From: Candidatus Curtissbacteria bacterium
GTDB taxonomy: Bacteria; Patescibacteriota; Microgenomatia; Curtissbacterales; GWA2-41-24
DNA: 64,000 nucleotides
Direction: 5' to 3'
Assembly: GCA_016183325.1 (NCBI GenBank)
Contig: JACPEV010000011.1
Location: forward strand, 36,782-100,781
Under the pieces are notes generated by a model, which made no database searches, was not told the DNA's origin, and saw only the letters and a program-made list of their open reading frames with translations. Below, in pieces: positions 18,523 to 27,743 of the stretch. Within the stretch, counting starts at the first letter, position 1, and each line of letters begins with the position of its first letter. A program made the position numbers and the translations under genes.

Positions 18523-20511
18523 TTTAAGAATACTTATCTGATCACGAAATTGGGCCGCCCTTTCAAAATCAAGAATCCTGGCGGCGGCTTTCATTTCTCG
18601 AGTTAAAAGTTTTATGAGTTTTTGCTTGTCGGTTGATAGCATATTGCCCTCTTGGGCCCGTTTGACAGCAGACTGGATAACATCGTCTTTGACCATTCGT
18701 TCCTTTTCCTCGTAAATTTTTTCGCGATCAATAAGTTTTTCGCGTATCGGTTTTTCGACCGATTTAGGGGTGATCCCGTGTTGTTGGTTGTACTGGCGTT
18801 GTATCTTTCTTCTTCTTTCCACTTCCGCGATTGCGCGCTTCATCGATCCTGTTTCGACATCTGCGTAGAGTATGACCGATCCTTCAATATGCCTTGCTGC
18901 CCGGCCCATTGTTTGAATAAGAGACGTTTCTGAGCGAAGGAATCCTTCTTTATCGGCATCCAGAACCGCAACTAGCGCAACTTCAGGTAGGTCTAAACCT
19001 TCCCTGAGTAAATTTATACCTACAAGAACATCATAATTACCCGATCTGAGGTCGTCCAGGACGTCTTGACGATCAAGTGTTTGAATCTCCGAATGTAAAT
19101 ACTGAACCTTTAGTCCCTTTTCTTGTAAGAAATCTGTGAGTTCCTCGGCCATGCGTTTAGTCAGTGTGGTGACTAATGTTCTTTGATGTTTGGTTGCGCG
19201 TTTTTCGATTTCTTTAATTAAGTCCTCGATTTGGCCTTTTGATTTGCGAATTGAGATCTCGGGATCAATTAATCCGGTAGGGCGAACTAATTGTTCAACG
19301 ACTTGATCGCTTAAATTTAGCTCGTACTGGGCCGGGGTGGCAGATGTATAGATTACTTGACTAATTTTTCTCGCAAACTCCTCAAACTTCAATGGTCTAT
19401 TGTCGAAAGCGGATGGAAGACGAAAACCGAAGTCCACAAGCATTTCTTTTCTGGCTCTGTCTCCGTTATACATGCCATTGATTTGAGGAACGGTCATATG
19501 CGATTCGTCGATTATTAAAAGGTAGTCTTTTGGGAAATGCTCGATTAAAGAGTATGGCGGGTCACCGGGTTTCCTGCCGTCAAAATGACGCGAGTAGTTT
19601 TCGATACCTTTGCAATAACCGAGCGTTCTTATCATTTCCAAGTCATAGTTTGTTCTCTGCTTAAGTCTGTGAGCTTCAAGCATTTTGCCAGATTTTTCCA
19701 AAACTTTTAATCTTTCTTTGAGTTCTTTCTTAATGCTTTCTGTGGCATTCAGAGTTGTTTCGTCTGAGGCGATGTAGTGTTTGGCGGGGTACAACCAAAT
19801 TAATTCTGATTCTTCTATTTTTGTTCCTGTAATTGGACTGATTACTTCAAGCTTTTTGATAGTTTGATCATGAAAATTGATCCGTAAGGCATTATTTTCA
19901 TAGGCAGGCAAAATTTCAACATTTTCTCCACGAATTCTGTATGTACCTCGCCTGAAGTCGTAATCGTCGCGTTCGTACTGAAGCTTGGCAAAGCCCCTCA
20001 AGAGATCACTTCTTGACCAAATGTCGCCTACCTTGAGACCAAGCCTGGCGTTCTGATACTCTGTGGGTGATCCCAAATTGTAAATCGCCGAAACCGAGGC
20101 TACGACCACAACATCGCGTCTTGTCGCAAGCGAGGTTGTCGCTGCAAGGCGAAGCCTGTCTATTTCTTCATTTACCTCAGTTTCTTTTTCGATATAGGTA
20201 TCGGTTGCTGGCAGATAGGCCTCCGGTTGATAGTAATCGTAATAAGATACAAAATATGAAACTGCATTTTGGGGAAAGAATTCTCGAAATTCCTGGTATA
20301 GCTGCGCTGCCAGTGTTTTGTTGTGGGAGATAACTAAAGTTGGTTTTTGGACCTTTTCGATGACATTGGCGATGGTGAAGGTTTTTCCGGAACCGGTGAC
20401 TCCAAGTAATGTTTGATGGCGAAAGTTTTTATTAAGGCCTTCGACAAGTTTTTCGATTGCTTGCGGCTGGTCGCCGCTTGGCCTGTAAGTTGATGTAAGT
20501 GTAAATTTCAT
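18508..20511 (-). CDS. uvrB: Excinuclease ABC subunit B
   Basis: GVTGSGKTFT Walker A, helicase motifs, C-terminal UVR domain (ARILDFERAAQFRDQI). Confidence 0.95.
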   Translation of the reverse strand: MKFTLTSTYRPSGDQPQAIEKLVEGLNKNFRHQTLLGVTGSGKTFTIANVIEKVQKPTLVISHNKTLAAQLYQEFREFFPQNAVSYFVSYYDYYQPEAYLPATDTYIEKETEVNEEIDRLRLAATTSLATRRDVVVVASVSAIYNLGSPTEYQNARLGLKVGDIWSRSDLLRGFAKLQYERDDYDFRRGTYRIRGENVEILPAYENNALRINFHDQTIKKLEVISPITGTKIEESELIWLYPAKHYIASDETTLNATESIKKELKERLKVLEKSGKMLEAHRLKQRTNYDLEMIRTLGYCKGIENYSRHFDGRKPGDPPYSLIEHFPKDYLLIIDESHMTVPQINGMYNGDRARKEMLVDFGFRLPSAFDNRPLKFEEFARKISQVIYTSATPAQYELNLSDQVVEQLVRPTGLIDPEISIRKSKGQIEDLIKEIEKRATKHQRTLVTTLTKRMAEELTDFLQEKGLKVQYLHSEIQTLDRQDVLDDLRSGNYDVLVGINLLREGLDLPEVALVAVLDADKEGFLRSETSLIQTMGRAARHIEGSVILYADVETGSMKRAIAEVERRRKIQRQYNQQHGITPKSVEKPIREKLIDREKIYEEKERMVKDDVIQSAVKRAQEGNMLSTDKQKLIKLLTREMKAAARILDFERAAQFRDQISILKSPAV

Positions 20512-20679
20512 AGAAATTTTAATTATATCTCAAAAATTTGCCCCAATCCAGGATATTACGTTCAATATGATAGAATTTCCAATTATTCGCGAGGCAGAGA
20601 TATTGTTGTTTCGATCATAGCGCCAGTTGAGTAAGGTCGACCAATATTAACAACAATTATTGAAGTTATTGGTATTTTT

Positions 20680-21696
20680 CTACAGCCAGTCGTTTTTGAT
20701 GAAAATTCCAAGAAGTAAAATGACTATGGTAAGAATAGTTATTATAATGATAGCGAAAGCGTGAGAGGAATCGGCCAGAGGAAGATGGATATTCATGCCA
20801 TAAATACTGGCAATCATTGTTGGGATGGTGAGTATTACTGTTAGTGAAGTAAATAGTTTAATAACTCTGTTTAAATTGTTAGTCATAATGCTTGAATAAG
20901 CTTGCCTGATATTTACAATGTTGGTTAAGTTGGCCCTACAGAGACCGACAAGCTCTTCGTTTTCCAGAAGTAAATCTTGGGTTAATTCCTTTTCTTTTTC
21001 AAAAAGATTAAGATATTTATCGGAGTGCAAGCTTTTAACAAGGGCATTGGTTGGAACGAGAGCTGCCATGAAGTCATTCAGAATACTTTCGTAATTGACG
21101 AATTGCACAATATCATAATTGGTAATTCTTTCTACATTTACTCCAAGGCTTCTGACCTTTTTGGATATATCGGTTAAGTGGGTTCTATAAAAAGAGTCAA
21201 TTTGAAAAAAAATCTTGAGAACAGCTTTTGTTCTCTGACTCGTAGCAAAGTCAGCTTTACCGTTTGTTAGGTTTTCAAAGAAAGGAAAAGGGTTTTGGGA
21301 AATAGTTAAGATAAAATCATTGGCCATTATAATCAGAAAGGGTTTAGTTTGGACTTTACCGTTTTCGGCGTAAGGAACTCTGGTAAAAATATAAGCAAAT
21401 TCGTCTTCAACTTCAATTCGAGGAACTTCGTAAGGATCTTGGGCATCGCGAAGTTGATCTGGGTTCAGGGAAAAGTCTTTGATGAGTTTTTTTATTTCCC
21501 CTTTAGTGGGGTTTTCTACATAGATCCATGAGCCTTTTTGAAATTGTTGGATTTGTTTAAACTTTTCGTCGCTAGCATTTTTCTTATAAATGGTGATCAC
21601 GTTGGCCTCCTTGTTATTTTCGGCCACAAAAAAACCCTTTTTGGAACAGGAATATAGGGTTGTTATTATATTAACACTAAAATTGCCTCTTGACAA
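20680..21696 (-). CDS. corA: CorA-family Mg2+/Co2+ transporter (true start probably GTG near 21600; the listed ORF overruns the lexA promoter)
   Basis: C-terminal YGMN motif and two TM helices. Confidence 0.75.
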   Translation of the reverse strand: MSRGNFSVNIITTLYSCSKKGFFVAENNKEANVITIYKKNASDEKFKQIQQFQKGSWIYVENPTKGEIKKLIKDFSLNPDQLRDAQDPYEVPRIEVEDEFAYIFTRVPYAENGKVQTKPFLIIMANDFILTISQNPFPFFENLTNGKADFATSQRTKAVLKIFFQIDSFYRTHLTDISKKVRSLGVNVERITNYDIVQFVNYESILNDFMAALVPTNALVKSLHSDKYLNLFEKEKELTQDLLLENEELVGLCRANLTNIVNIRQAYSSIMTNNLNRVIKLFTSLTVILTIPTMIASIYGMNIHLPLADSSHAFAIIIITILTIVILLLGIFIKNDWL

Positions 21697-21719
21697 TTTC
21701 GGGTTTTGTTTGGTATGTT
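21661..21719 (+). promoter_or_regulatory. lexA promoter region: 16-bp palindrome TGTTATTATATTAACA (21661-21676), -35 TTGACA (21690-21695), 18-nt spacer, -10 TATGTT (21714-21719)
   Basis: The palindrome TGTTA-N6-TAACA resembles CTGT-N8-ACAG-class LexA boxes. The ATG at 21726 lies ~7 nt after the -10, which implies a leaderless mRNA. Confidence 0.45.
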
Positions 21720-21725
21720 AGGAGC

Positions 21726-22343
21726 ATGGCAACAGTAATTTATAAACGACAGAGACAAATTTTGGATTTTCTCAACAATTACATATCCGAACATGATCAC
21801 GCGCCAACACTGGTTGAAATTGCCAAAAAGCTTGGCGTTCGTTCATTGGCGACTGTTCATGAACATTTGCAGACGCTGGAGAGAAAGGGACTTATCAGGC
21901 GAGCATCCGGTTTGGTCCGAGGGATCGAGCTTGTGGACAAAAAAATTGGTCAAGTCGTGCGTGGTATCGACTTACCACTTTTGGGATTTATCGCTGCCGG
22001 CTCCCCTATCGAACCGTATACAGATCCCAATGCGACATTTGCTGTTTCTCCTAACATGATTGCTCCAAATAAAAAATCTTACGTTTTGCAAGTCAGGGGC
22101 CAGTCGATGGTGGAGGATGGGATTTTGGATGGAGATTATGTGGTGGTCGAGGAAACGAACGAAGCCAGAAACGGCGACATAGTAGTTGCGATGATCAGTA
22201 GTGGGGTTGTAACGCTAAAGAGATTTTTTAAAGAAAAGGATCGGATTAAACTTGCTCCGGCAAACTCCAACATGCAGCCGATTTATGTGAAAGACGTAAC
22301 GATTCAGGGAAAATGTGTTGGTGTAATTAGAAGGTATAGTTAA
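21726..22343 (+). CDS. lexA: LexA repressor (S24 peptidase)
   Basis: N-terminal wHTH region (LATVHEHLQTLERKGLIRR), catalytic Ser in VRGQSMVEDGI and Lys in VTLKRF. I chose the ATG at 21726 over the upstream TTG at 21690. Confidence 0.85.
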   Translation: MATVIYKRQRQILDFLNNYISEHDHAPTLVEIAKKLGVRSLATVHEHLQTLERKGLIRRASGLVRGIELVDKKIGQVVRGIDLPLLGFIAAGSPIEPYTDPNATFAVSPNMIAPNKKSYVLQVRGQSMVEDGILDGDYVVVEETNEARNGDIVVAMISSGVVTLKRFFKEKDRIKLAPANSNMQPIYVKDVTIQGKCVGVIRRYS

Positions 22344-22417
22344 GACTAGGTAGTCTCCCAAAGTGCAGAATTTTCGAAAATTGACGGGAATCCTCTTTCG
22401 GTACTACAATACTCCAA

Positions 22418-23293
22418 ATGCCTGATAGAAATCCAAGAAGATTTACAAGAAGAGATTTTATAAATATTTCTACGGGGGTTGCAGTAGGTCTAGTTCTGGG
22501 GGCTGCTGCAGAAAAAACCATGCTAGACAGGTTAGCGTTGTCTTCACTTCCGGACAATGCGGAGAACACTCAAGATGAGGAAAAAAGGCAAAAACTCAAA
22601 AGCCTTATAGAAGGTTGGCACGATAATCCCCAATATGTAGGAGTAATGCCTCACGGCGCATATGGACCGGCACTGGATATGTATTATGCGGCTGTGGGAG
22701 ATAAGTTAAGACAAGACAAGGAGGACGGAAAATTAGATGTTTCAACATCAATTTGGAATACCAATTACATAAGTAGCGAATTTTATTTCCAGCCTGAGAA
22801 GCTAGTTATTCCAAATCGCAACGGTTCAACACGCTCTATTTCGGTTGGTCCCAAGGACTTTCCCAATACTTTTAAGGAAGATGACATTGAACTGCTTCTG
22901 AATAGTACTAAAGATGGGACTTGGCAAATTAATAGATTTATGCCTTATGTAGTGGCAGGGGTCCAATATGGAGAGCGAGTGGGTGCAATAACTGCAGTAA
23001 TTCCCACAGAACACTTACCAGAAAATCGTTTTATCTTTGTGTTTACGCATATACCGTATAGGAATGAGTGGCAACGACAATCGGTAGATGCATTCCAGGT
23101 TACAACAGGTGAAGAGCAAAATCCCAAACGCTTTATATATGTCAATTTAGAATCTTATAATCCTGAAAATTTATCTTCCAGAGATAGCCAATTTGCTCAT
23201 GATCTTGTTGCCATAGCCATTAGTGATGCATCCACAGGTCATGTTTTAGAAAAAGCCGTACTTGCTCAGCCTCATTTTACTACTCATAGTTGA
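22418..23293 (+). CDS. Hypothetical secreted protein with Tat-like signal (TRRDFINISTGVAVGLVLGAAA)
   Basis: Twin-arginine motif followed by a hydrophobic stretch. No domain recognised. Confidence 0.45.
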   Translation: MPDRNPRRFTRRDFINISTGVAVGLVLGAAAEKTMLDRLALSSLPDNAENTQDEEKRQKLKSLIEGWHDNPQYVGVMPHGAYGPALDMYYAAVGDKLRQDKEDGKLDVSTSIWNTNYISSEFYFQPEKLVIPNRNGSTRSISVGPKDFPNTFKEDDIELLLNSTKDGTWQINRFMPYVVAGVQYGERVGAITAVIPTEHLPENRFIFVFTHIPYRNEWQRQSVDAFQVTTGEEQNPKRFIYVNLESYNPENLSSRDSQFAHDLVAIAISDASTGHVLEKAVLAQPHFTTHS

Positions 23294-23318
23294 TTCTCAT
23301 TTGATTTCAGTGATTTCG

Positions 23319-24581
23319 TCAGCCTTTGAATTTGAGAAAAAGAAAAACTGTGGCGGCGGCGGTCATCAAAATTAAAGTAAATCCCCCTAAAATATTGCTT
23401 GCTGTATTATTTGCTGCGTTGCCCATAACTTGTTTTTTGTTTGCAATCAAAAGAATGAACATGATCAATATTGGCGAGATTAGACCATAGATGACGGCGG
23501 TCGCAAAAAGTGCTTTGAAGGGATTGATGTTGGCAAGATTCATCAAAAACCCGATAACAGTCGAAACGATTATTACCCCATAGAAAGCTCTAGCTTGTCT
23601 AAAAGATTTGGAAAGACCCTCACGCCAGCCGAAGATTTCTGAAACTGCGTAGGCGGCAGAACCAGCCAGGACTGGAATGGCGAGTAATCCCGTACCGACG
23701 ATTCCCAGAGTGAATAGTAGAGACGAGGCACTGCCGGCTATTGGTTCGAGAGCTTTGGCTGCGTCTGACGCGGTAGTAATTTCATTGATGCCGAATCGGT
23801 AGAGGGTCGATGCGGTGGTCGCGATGATGGCAAACATGACAAGGTTTGAAAAAAACATGCCTAGGTTAACATCCTCCGAAACTTGTTTTAGCTCATGTTT
23901 GGTGACGATGATTTTTTTGTGTTTTTCTCTTTCGATTTCCTTTCTTTCCTCGACTTCTTCAGAGGTCTGCCAGAAAAATAAATAAGGAGAAATAGTGGTG
24001 CCTAGAATAGCGACTATCAGTGTGATCGACTCGCGATTAAAATCAAAACTTGGAACGAAGGTGCTAATTAAAATCTGGTCCCAATCTTGTTTGGTAACAA
24101 GTGCTGAGGCGACATAGGCAAAGAGGGCAAAAGTTAGCCATTTGAGTTTATCTGCAATAAACTTATATGGAAATTTGATCATCAAAATTATGATCAGTCC
24201 CGTGGTTATTGCTGCAACCAGAAGCGGATGGGCCGGGACAAGAAGATTGGTGGCTTGAGCCATGCCCGCCAAGTCTGCGCCGATGTTGATCGTATTGGCT
24301 ACCACGATAAGAAGAGCTAAAAAATAAAGAAGCGGCTTTGATTTATAAACAGATTTGATATTGCCTGCCAATCCCCTTTCCGTAACTACTCCAATTCGAG
24401 CACACATTTCTTGAATGGCTGCCATCAAGGGGAAGGTCAAAAGGGCGGTCCAGAGGAGTCCGTAGCCTTGTGAGGCACCGGCTATTGAATAAGTGGCAAT
24501 GCCTGAAGGATCATCATCGGAAGCGCCAGTGATAATGCCTGGGCCAATTTTTTTGAAGATTCTTTTTAGTTTTTTGGCCAC
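23319..24581 (-). CDS. NRAMP-family divalent metal (Mn2+/Fe2+) transporter
   Basis: GPGIITGASDDDPSGIATYSIAGA signature and multiple TM helices. Confidence 0.85.
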   Translation of the reverse strand: MAKKLKRIFKKIGPGIITGASDDDPSGIATYSIAGASQGYGLLWTALLTFPLMAAIQEMCARIGVVTERGLAGNIKSVYKSKPLLYFLALLIVVANTINIGADLAGMAQATNLLVPAHPLLVAAITTGLIIILMIKFPYKFIADKLKWLTFALFAYVASALVTKQDWDQILISTFVPSFDFNRESITLIVAILGTTISPYLFFWQTSEEVEERKEIEREKHKKIIVTKHELKQVSEDVNLGMFFSNLVMFAIIATTASTLYRFGINEITTASDAAKALEPIAGSASSLLFTLGIVGTGLLAIPVLAGSAAYAVSEIFGWREGLSKSFRQARAFYGVIIVSTVIGFLMNLANINPFKALFATAVIYGLISPILIMFILLIANKKQVMGNAANNTASNILGGFTLILMTAAATVFLFLKFKG

Positions 24582-24619
24582 CTATTCAACTTTGACAAAA
24601 ACTTATCAAAGTTGCAAAT

Positions 24620-25255
24620 TTACCTGGTTTTTTGTTTTTTTCGCAGTTTATAGTGGATGTAGACTCCTAACAGGATTATAGTGACGGCTATTATCGCAAT
24701 GTCAAACTTTCGGAAGTAAGGTCTGATGATTTGCCAATTTTCCCCAAGTTTAAGACCAATGTATCCCAGAAAGAATGACCAGATTAAAGAACCAAAGAAA
24801 GTTAGTACGCTAAACTTTAAAAAAGGAAGCCTGACAACCCCGGCCGGAAGTGAAATAACTGTTCTTATGGCCGGTAAGACACGGGCAATGGCTGCTACCC
24901 ACTGTCCGTATTTTTTGAAAAGTTTAAGGGCAGAATCGTACTCTTCTTCTGTTAAGAGAATAAACTTGCCGAATTTGCTGATAAATCTACGAACAAATAC
25001 TCGATGACCCCAGTAGCCGAGTGCGTAGGCGGCCCAGGAACCAACAAGATTACCTGATGCGCCGGCAAAGGTGATAGCCATGAGGTTGAATCTGCCTTCT
25101 GAAACCAAAAAACCGGAGAAGGGCATGATGATCTCTGAAGGAATGGGAATGAGAGCAGATTCTAGTGCCATTAAAATAAAAATCCCCGGATAGCCAAGGT
25201 TAGATATAACGTCCATGACCCAAAAGGCGATAGTTTCTAAAATTGATTCTTCCAT
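24620..25255 (-). CDS. DedA/VTT-family membrane protein
   Basis: ESALIPIPSEIIMPFSGFLVSEGRFN matches the DedA core. Confidence 0.75.
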   Translation of the reverse strand: MEESILETIAFWVMDVISNLGYPGIFILMALESALIPIPSEIIMPFSGFLVSEGRFNLMAITFAGASGNLVGSWAAYALGYWGHRVFVRRFISKFGKFILLTEEEYDSALKLFKKYGQWVAAIARVLPAIRTVISLPAGVVRLPFLKFSVLTFFGSLIWSFFLGYIGLKLGENWQIIRPYFRKFDIAIIAVTIILLGVYIHYKLRKKQKTR

Positions 25256-25338
25256 AGGTTGACAACTGACAACTGACCCTTCGATTCACTACGTTCGCTC
25301 AGGGCAAGCAATTGACTTTTATATAATGTCGATTAACA

Positions 25339-26052
25339 ATGAACGATAAACCATTAACTGATGATATGGGTACTCTGTTTATTGTAGCGACACCGATTGG
25401 CAATTTAAAAGATATCACGTTTAGGGCGGCTCTCGTCTTGAAAGATGTCGACTACGTTCTTTGTGAAGATACAAGAATATCTGGAAGATTGCTTTTCGAC
25501 CTAAAAATCGAAAAGCAGAAGATTGTTTTCAATGACTTTAATGAGGAGTCGAAAATTGCAGGAATTGTTGGCGATCTTAAATCAGGCAAAGATATTGCTT
25601 TAGTTTCTGACGCCGGAACTCCTCTTATATCAGATCCGGGATATAAACTGGTGAGGGAATGTATTTCGCGTGGAATTAAGGTTGAAGCAATTCCTGGCCC
25701 ATCGGCAGTGATTGCGGCGCTAACGGTTTCCGGATTGCCACCTGATAAATTTTTGTTTTTAGGATATTTGCCGAAAAAAGATGGCAAACGAATGAAATTT
25801 TTAAAAGATTTATTTACCATACTACATAGTATGGAAGATAAACATTTTAGGACGACAGTAATTTTTTACGAGTCACCTTACAGACTTGTTGATATGTTAA
25901 ATGACGTTTTGGAGATTTTTGGGGATATTGATATCATCGTTTGTCGAGAGTTGACTAAGATACATGAAGAAGTAAGGAGAGAGAAAATTTCGGAATCGAT
26001 AAAGCACTTTTCGGAGGTTAATCCAAAAGGAGAGTTTACAGTCTTGATGTGA
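25339..26052 (+). CDS. rsmI: 16S rRNA (cytidine1402-2'-O)-methyltransferase
   Basis: GTLFIVATPIGNLKDITFRA...VLCEDTR, the tetrapyrrole-methylase-fold RsmI signature. Confidence 0.85.
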   Translation: MNDKPLTDDMGTLFIVATPIGNLKDITFRAALVLKDVDYVLCEDTRISGRLLFDLKIEKQKIVFNDFNEESKIAGIVGDLKSGKDIALVSDAGTPLISDPGYKLVRECISRGIKVEAIPGPSAVIAALTVSGLPPDKFLFLGYLPKKDGKRMKFLKDLFTILHSMEDKHFRTTVIFYESPYRLVDMLNDVLEIFGDIDIIVCRELTKIHEEVRREKISESIKHFSEVNPKGEFTVLM

Positions 26053-26068
26053 GATCGAACAAGTTTCA

Positions 26069-27670
26069 CTATTCTAACAAATTTCGGCCAGTCATTTGGG
26101 ATGGCCTGGCAATTTGAAGAATGCTAAGAATTGTAGGAGCGACGTCGGCGAGAAGACCTCTTTTGAGTTGGAGATTTTTGTTTTGGAGTTCTTTTATAAC
26201 AAAAATGCAAGGGGCTGGATTGGCACTATGTTCGGTGTTAATTTGACCAGTTCTGAGGTTTATCATCTCTTCTGCGTTACCATGATCGGCGGTGATAATG
26301 ACCGCTCCACCTTTTGACAGGGCAGATTTAACAACTAACCCCAAGTAGATATCGATCGTCTCTACGGCTTTAACAGTTGCTTGAAAATTCCCGGTGTGGC
26401 CGACCATATCGGCATTGGCAAAATTCACAATTATAAAATCGTAATAATGGCCATTAATCTTGAAGAGAAGTTTTTGTGCGACTTGTGGCGTGGACATTTC
26501 GGGAATTTGGTCATAGGAGGCAACTTTTTGGGAGTTAACTAGAATTCTATCTTCGCCTTGAAACGGGGTTTCCCTGCCTCCATTAAAAAAATAAGTTACA
26601 TGGGCGTATTTTTCGGTTTCAGCGATATGAAGTTGTCGTCTATTGATTTCTGAGAAAACCCTGGCAAGAGGAATGGCAATCTCTATGGGTTTAAAAGCAA
26701 CACCAGCTACTGGTAAGCCGTGTTCATATTGAGTAAGGGTGACAAAATAAAGATTTTTAATTTTAGGACCTCTTTCAAATGTCTTGACAATGTCTCCGGA
26801 GGAGGTTCTAGTATCCTTTAGTTGATCTTGAACGAAGGCTTTGGTCAGCTGGCGGGCTCGATCCGGTCGGTAGTTGAAAAAGATAACGGAGTCATTCTGT
26901 GAAATCGGCCCAATAGGAGCACTATTTTGGTCAACAATAGTCGTAGGCTCAATGAATTCATCGGTAATCCCGGCCGCGTAAAATTTCTCTATTAGATCAA
27001 GCACATTATTTGATCTTCTAGTGCTGTTCGCGGTTAAGGCCAGATAGGCTTTTTGAGTTCTATCCCAGCGATTGTCTCGATCCATAGCGTAGTATCGACC
27101 AGAGACAGTAGCAATCCTGCCAAGTGCAGCTACATTTAAAGTATTTGTTAACTGGGCAAGGTAAACACTGGCGGAAGTAGGAGGACTATCTCTGCCATCA
27201 GTAAATAAATGGAGCATGACTCTTGTGTAATCAATACCTGACAACTTTAAAAGTTTCAAAAGAGCATATAAATGTTCCATCTCACTGTGGACGGAGCCAA
27301 GACCCACAAGGCCTATTAGGTGAACTTTGGAATTGTAAGTATTTGCATGATCAATTGCCGCCAATAATACTTCGTTTCGAAAAAAAGAACCATCTTCGAT
27401 GGTTAAATTGATTCTTAATAAATCCTGATAAACAATCCTTCCGGCTCCTAAGTTGAGGTGACCGACTTCGCTGTTGCCGACGTGGCCAATTGGAAGTCCA
27501 ACAGATTGGCCTGATGTTTGGAGAATAGTGTGGGGATAAGAAAACCAATATCCGTAAAAGTTAGGAAGATTGGCACGAGAAATGGCATTGCCCGGGCTAT
27601 CCGGAGCTATTCCCCAACCATCAAGGATGCAAAGGACGAGAGGTCTTGGTTTTTGAAATACTTTAAGCAT
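26069..27670 (-). CDS. gpmI: 2,3-bisphosphoglycerate-independent phosphoglycerate mutase
   Basis: LCILDGWG...VGNSEVGHLNLGAGRIVYQDL and C-terminal ADHGN motifs. Confidence 0.9.
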   Translation of the reverse strand: MLKVFQKPRPLVLCILDGWGIAPDSPGNAISRANLPNFYGYWFSYPHTILQTSGQSVGLPIGHVGNSEVGHLNLGAGRIVYQDLLRINLTIEDGSFFRNEVLLAAIDHANTYNSKVHLIGLVGLGSVHSEMEHLYALLKLLKLSGIDYTRVMLHLFTDGRDSPPTSASVYLAQLTNTLNVAALGRIATVSGRYYAMDRDNRWDRTQKAYLALTANSTRRSNNVLDLIEKFYAAGITDEFIEPTTIVDQNSAPIGPISQNDSVIFFNYRPDRARQLTKAFVQDQLKDTRTSSGDIVKTFERGPKIKNLYFVTLTQYEHGLPVAGVAFKPIEIAIPLARVFSEINRRQLHIAETEKYAHVTYFFNGGRETPFQGEDRILVNSQKVASYDQIPEMSTPQVAQKLLFKINGHYYDFIIVNFANADMVGHTGNFQATVKAVETIDIYLGLVVKSALSKGGAVIITADHGNAEEMINLRTGQINTEHSANPAPCIFVIKELQNKNLQLKRGLLADVAPTILSILQIARPSQMTGRNLLE

Positions 27671-27743
27671 TAATACATATAAATTTCAAATAATTACCAA
27701 TTTCAAATGTCAGATTTCAAATTGAATATTAGAGATTTGAAAT

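Noticed and set aside
21690-21725. Upstream TTG start for lexA listed by the ORF track
   Set aside because: It coincides with the -35 hexamer of the promoter. The ATG at 21726 gives a canonical LexA N-terminus.
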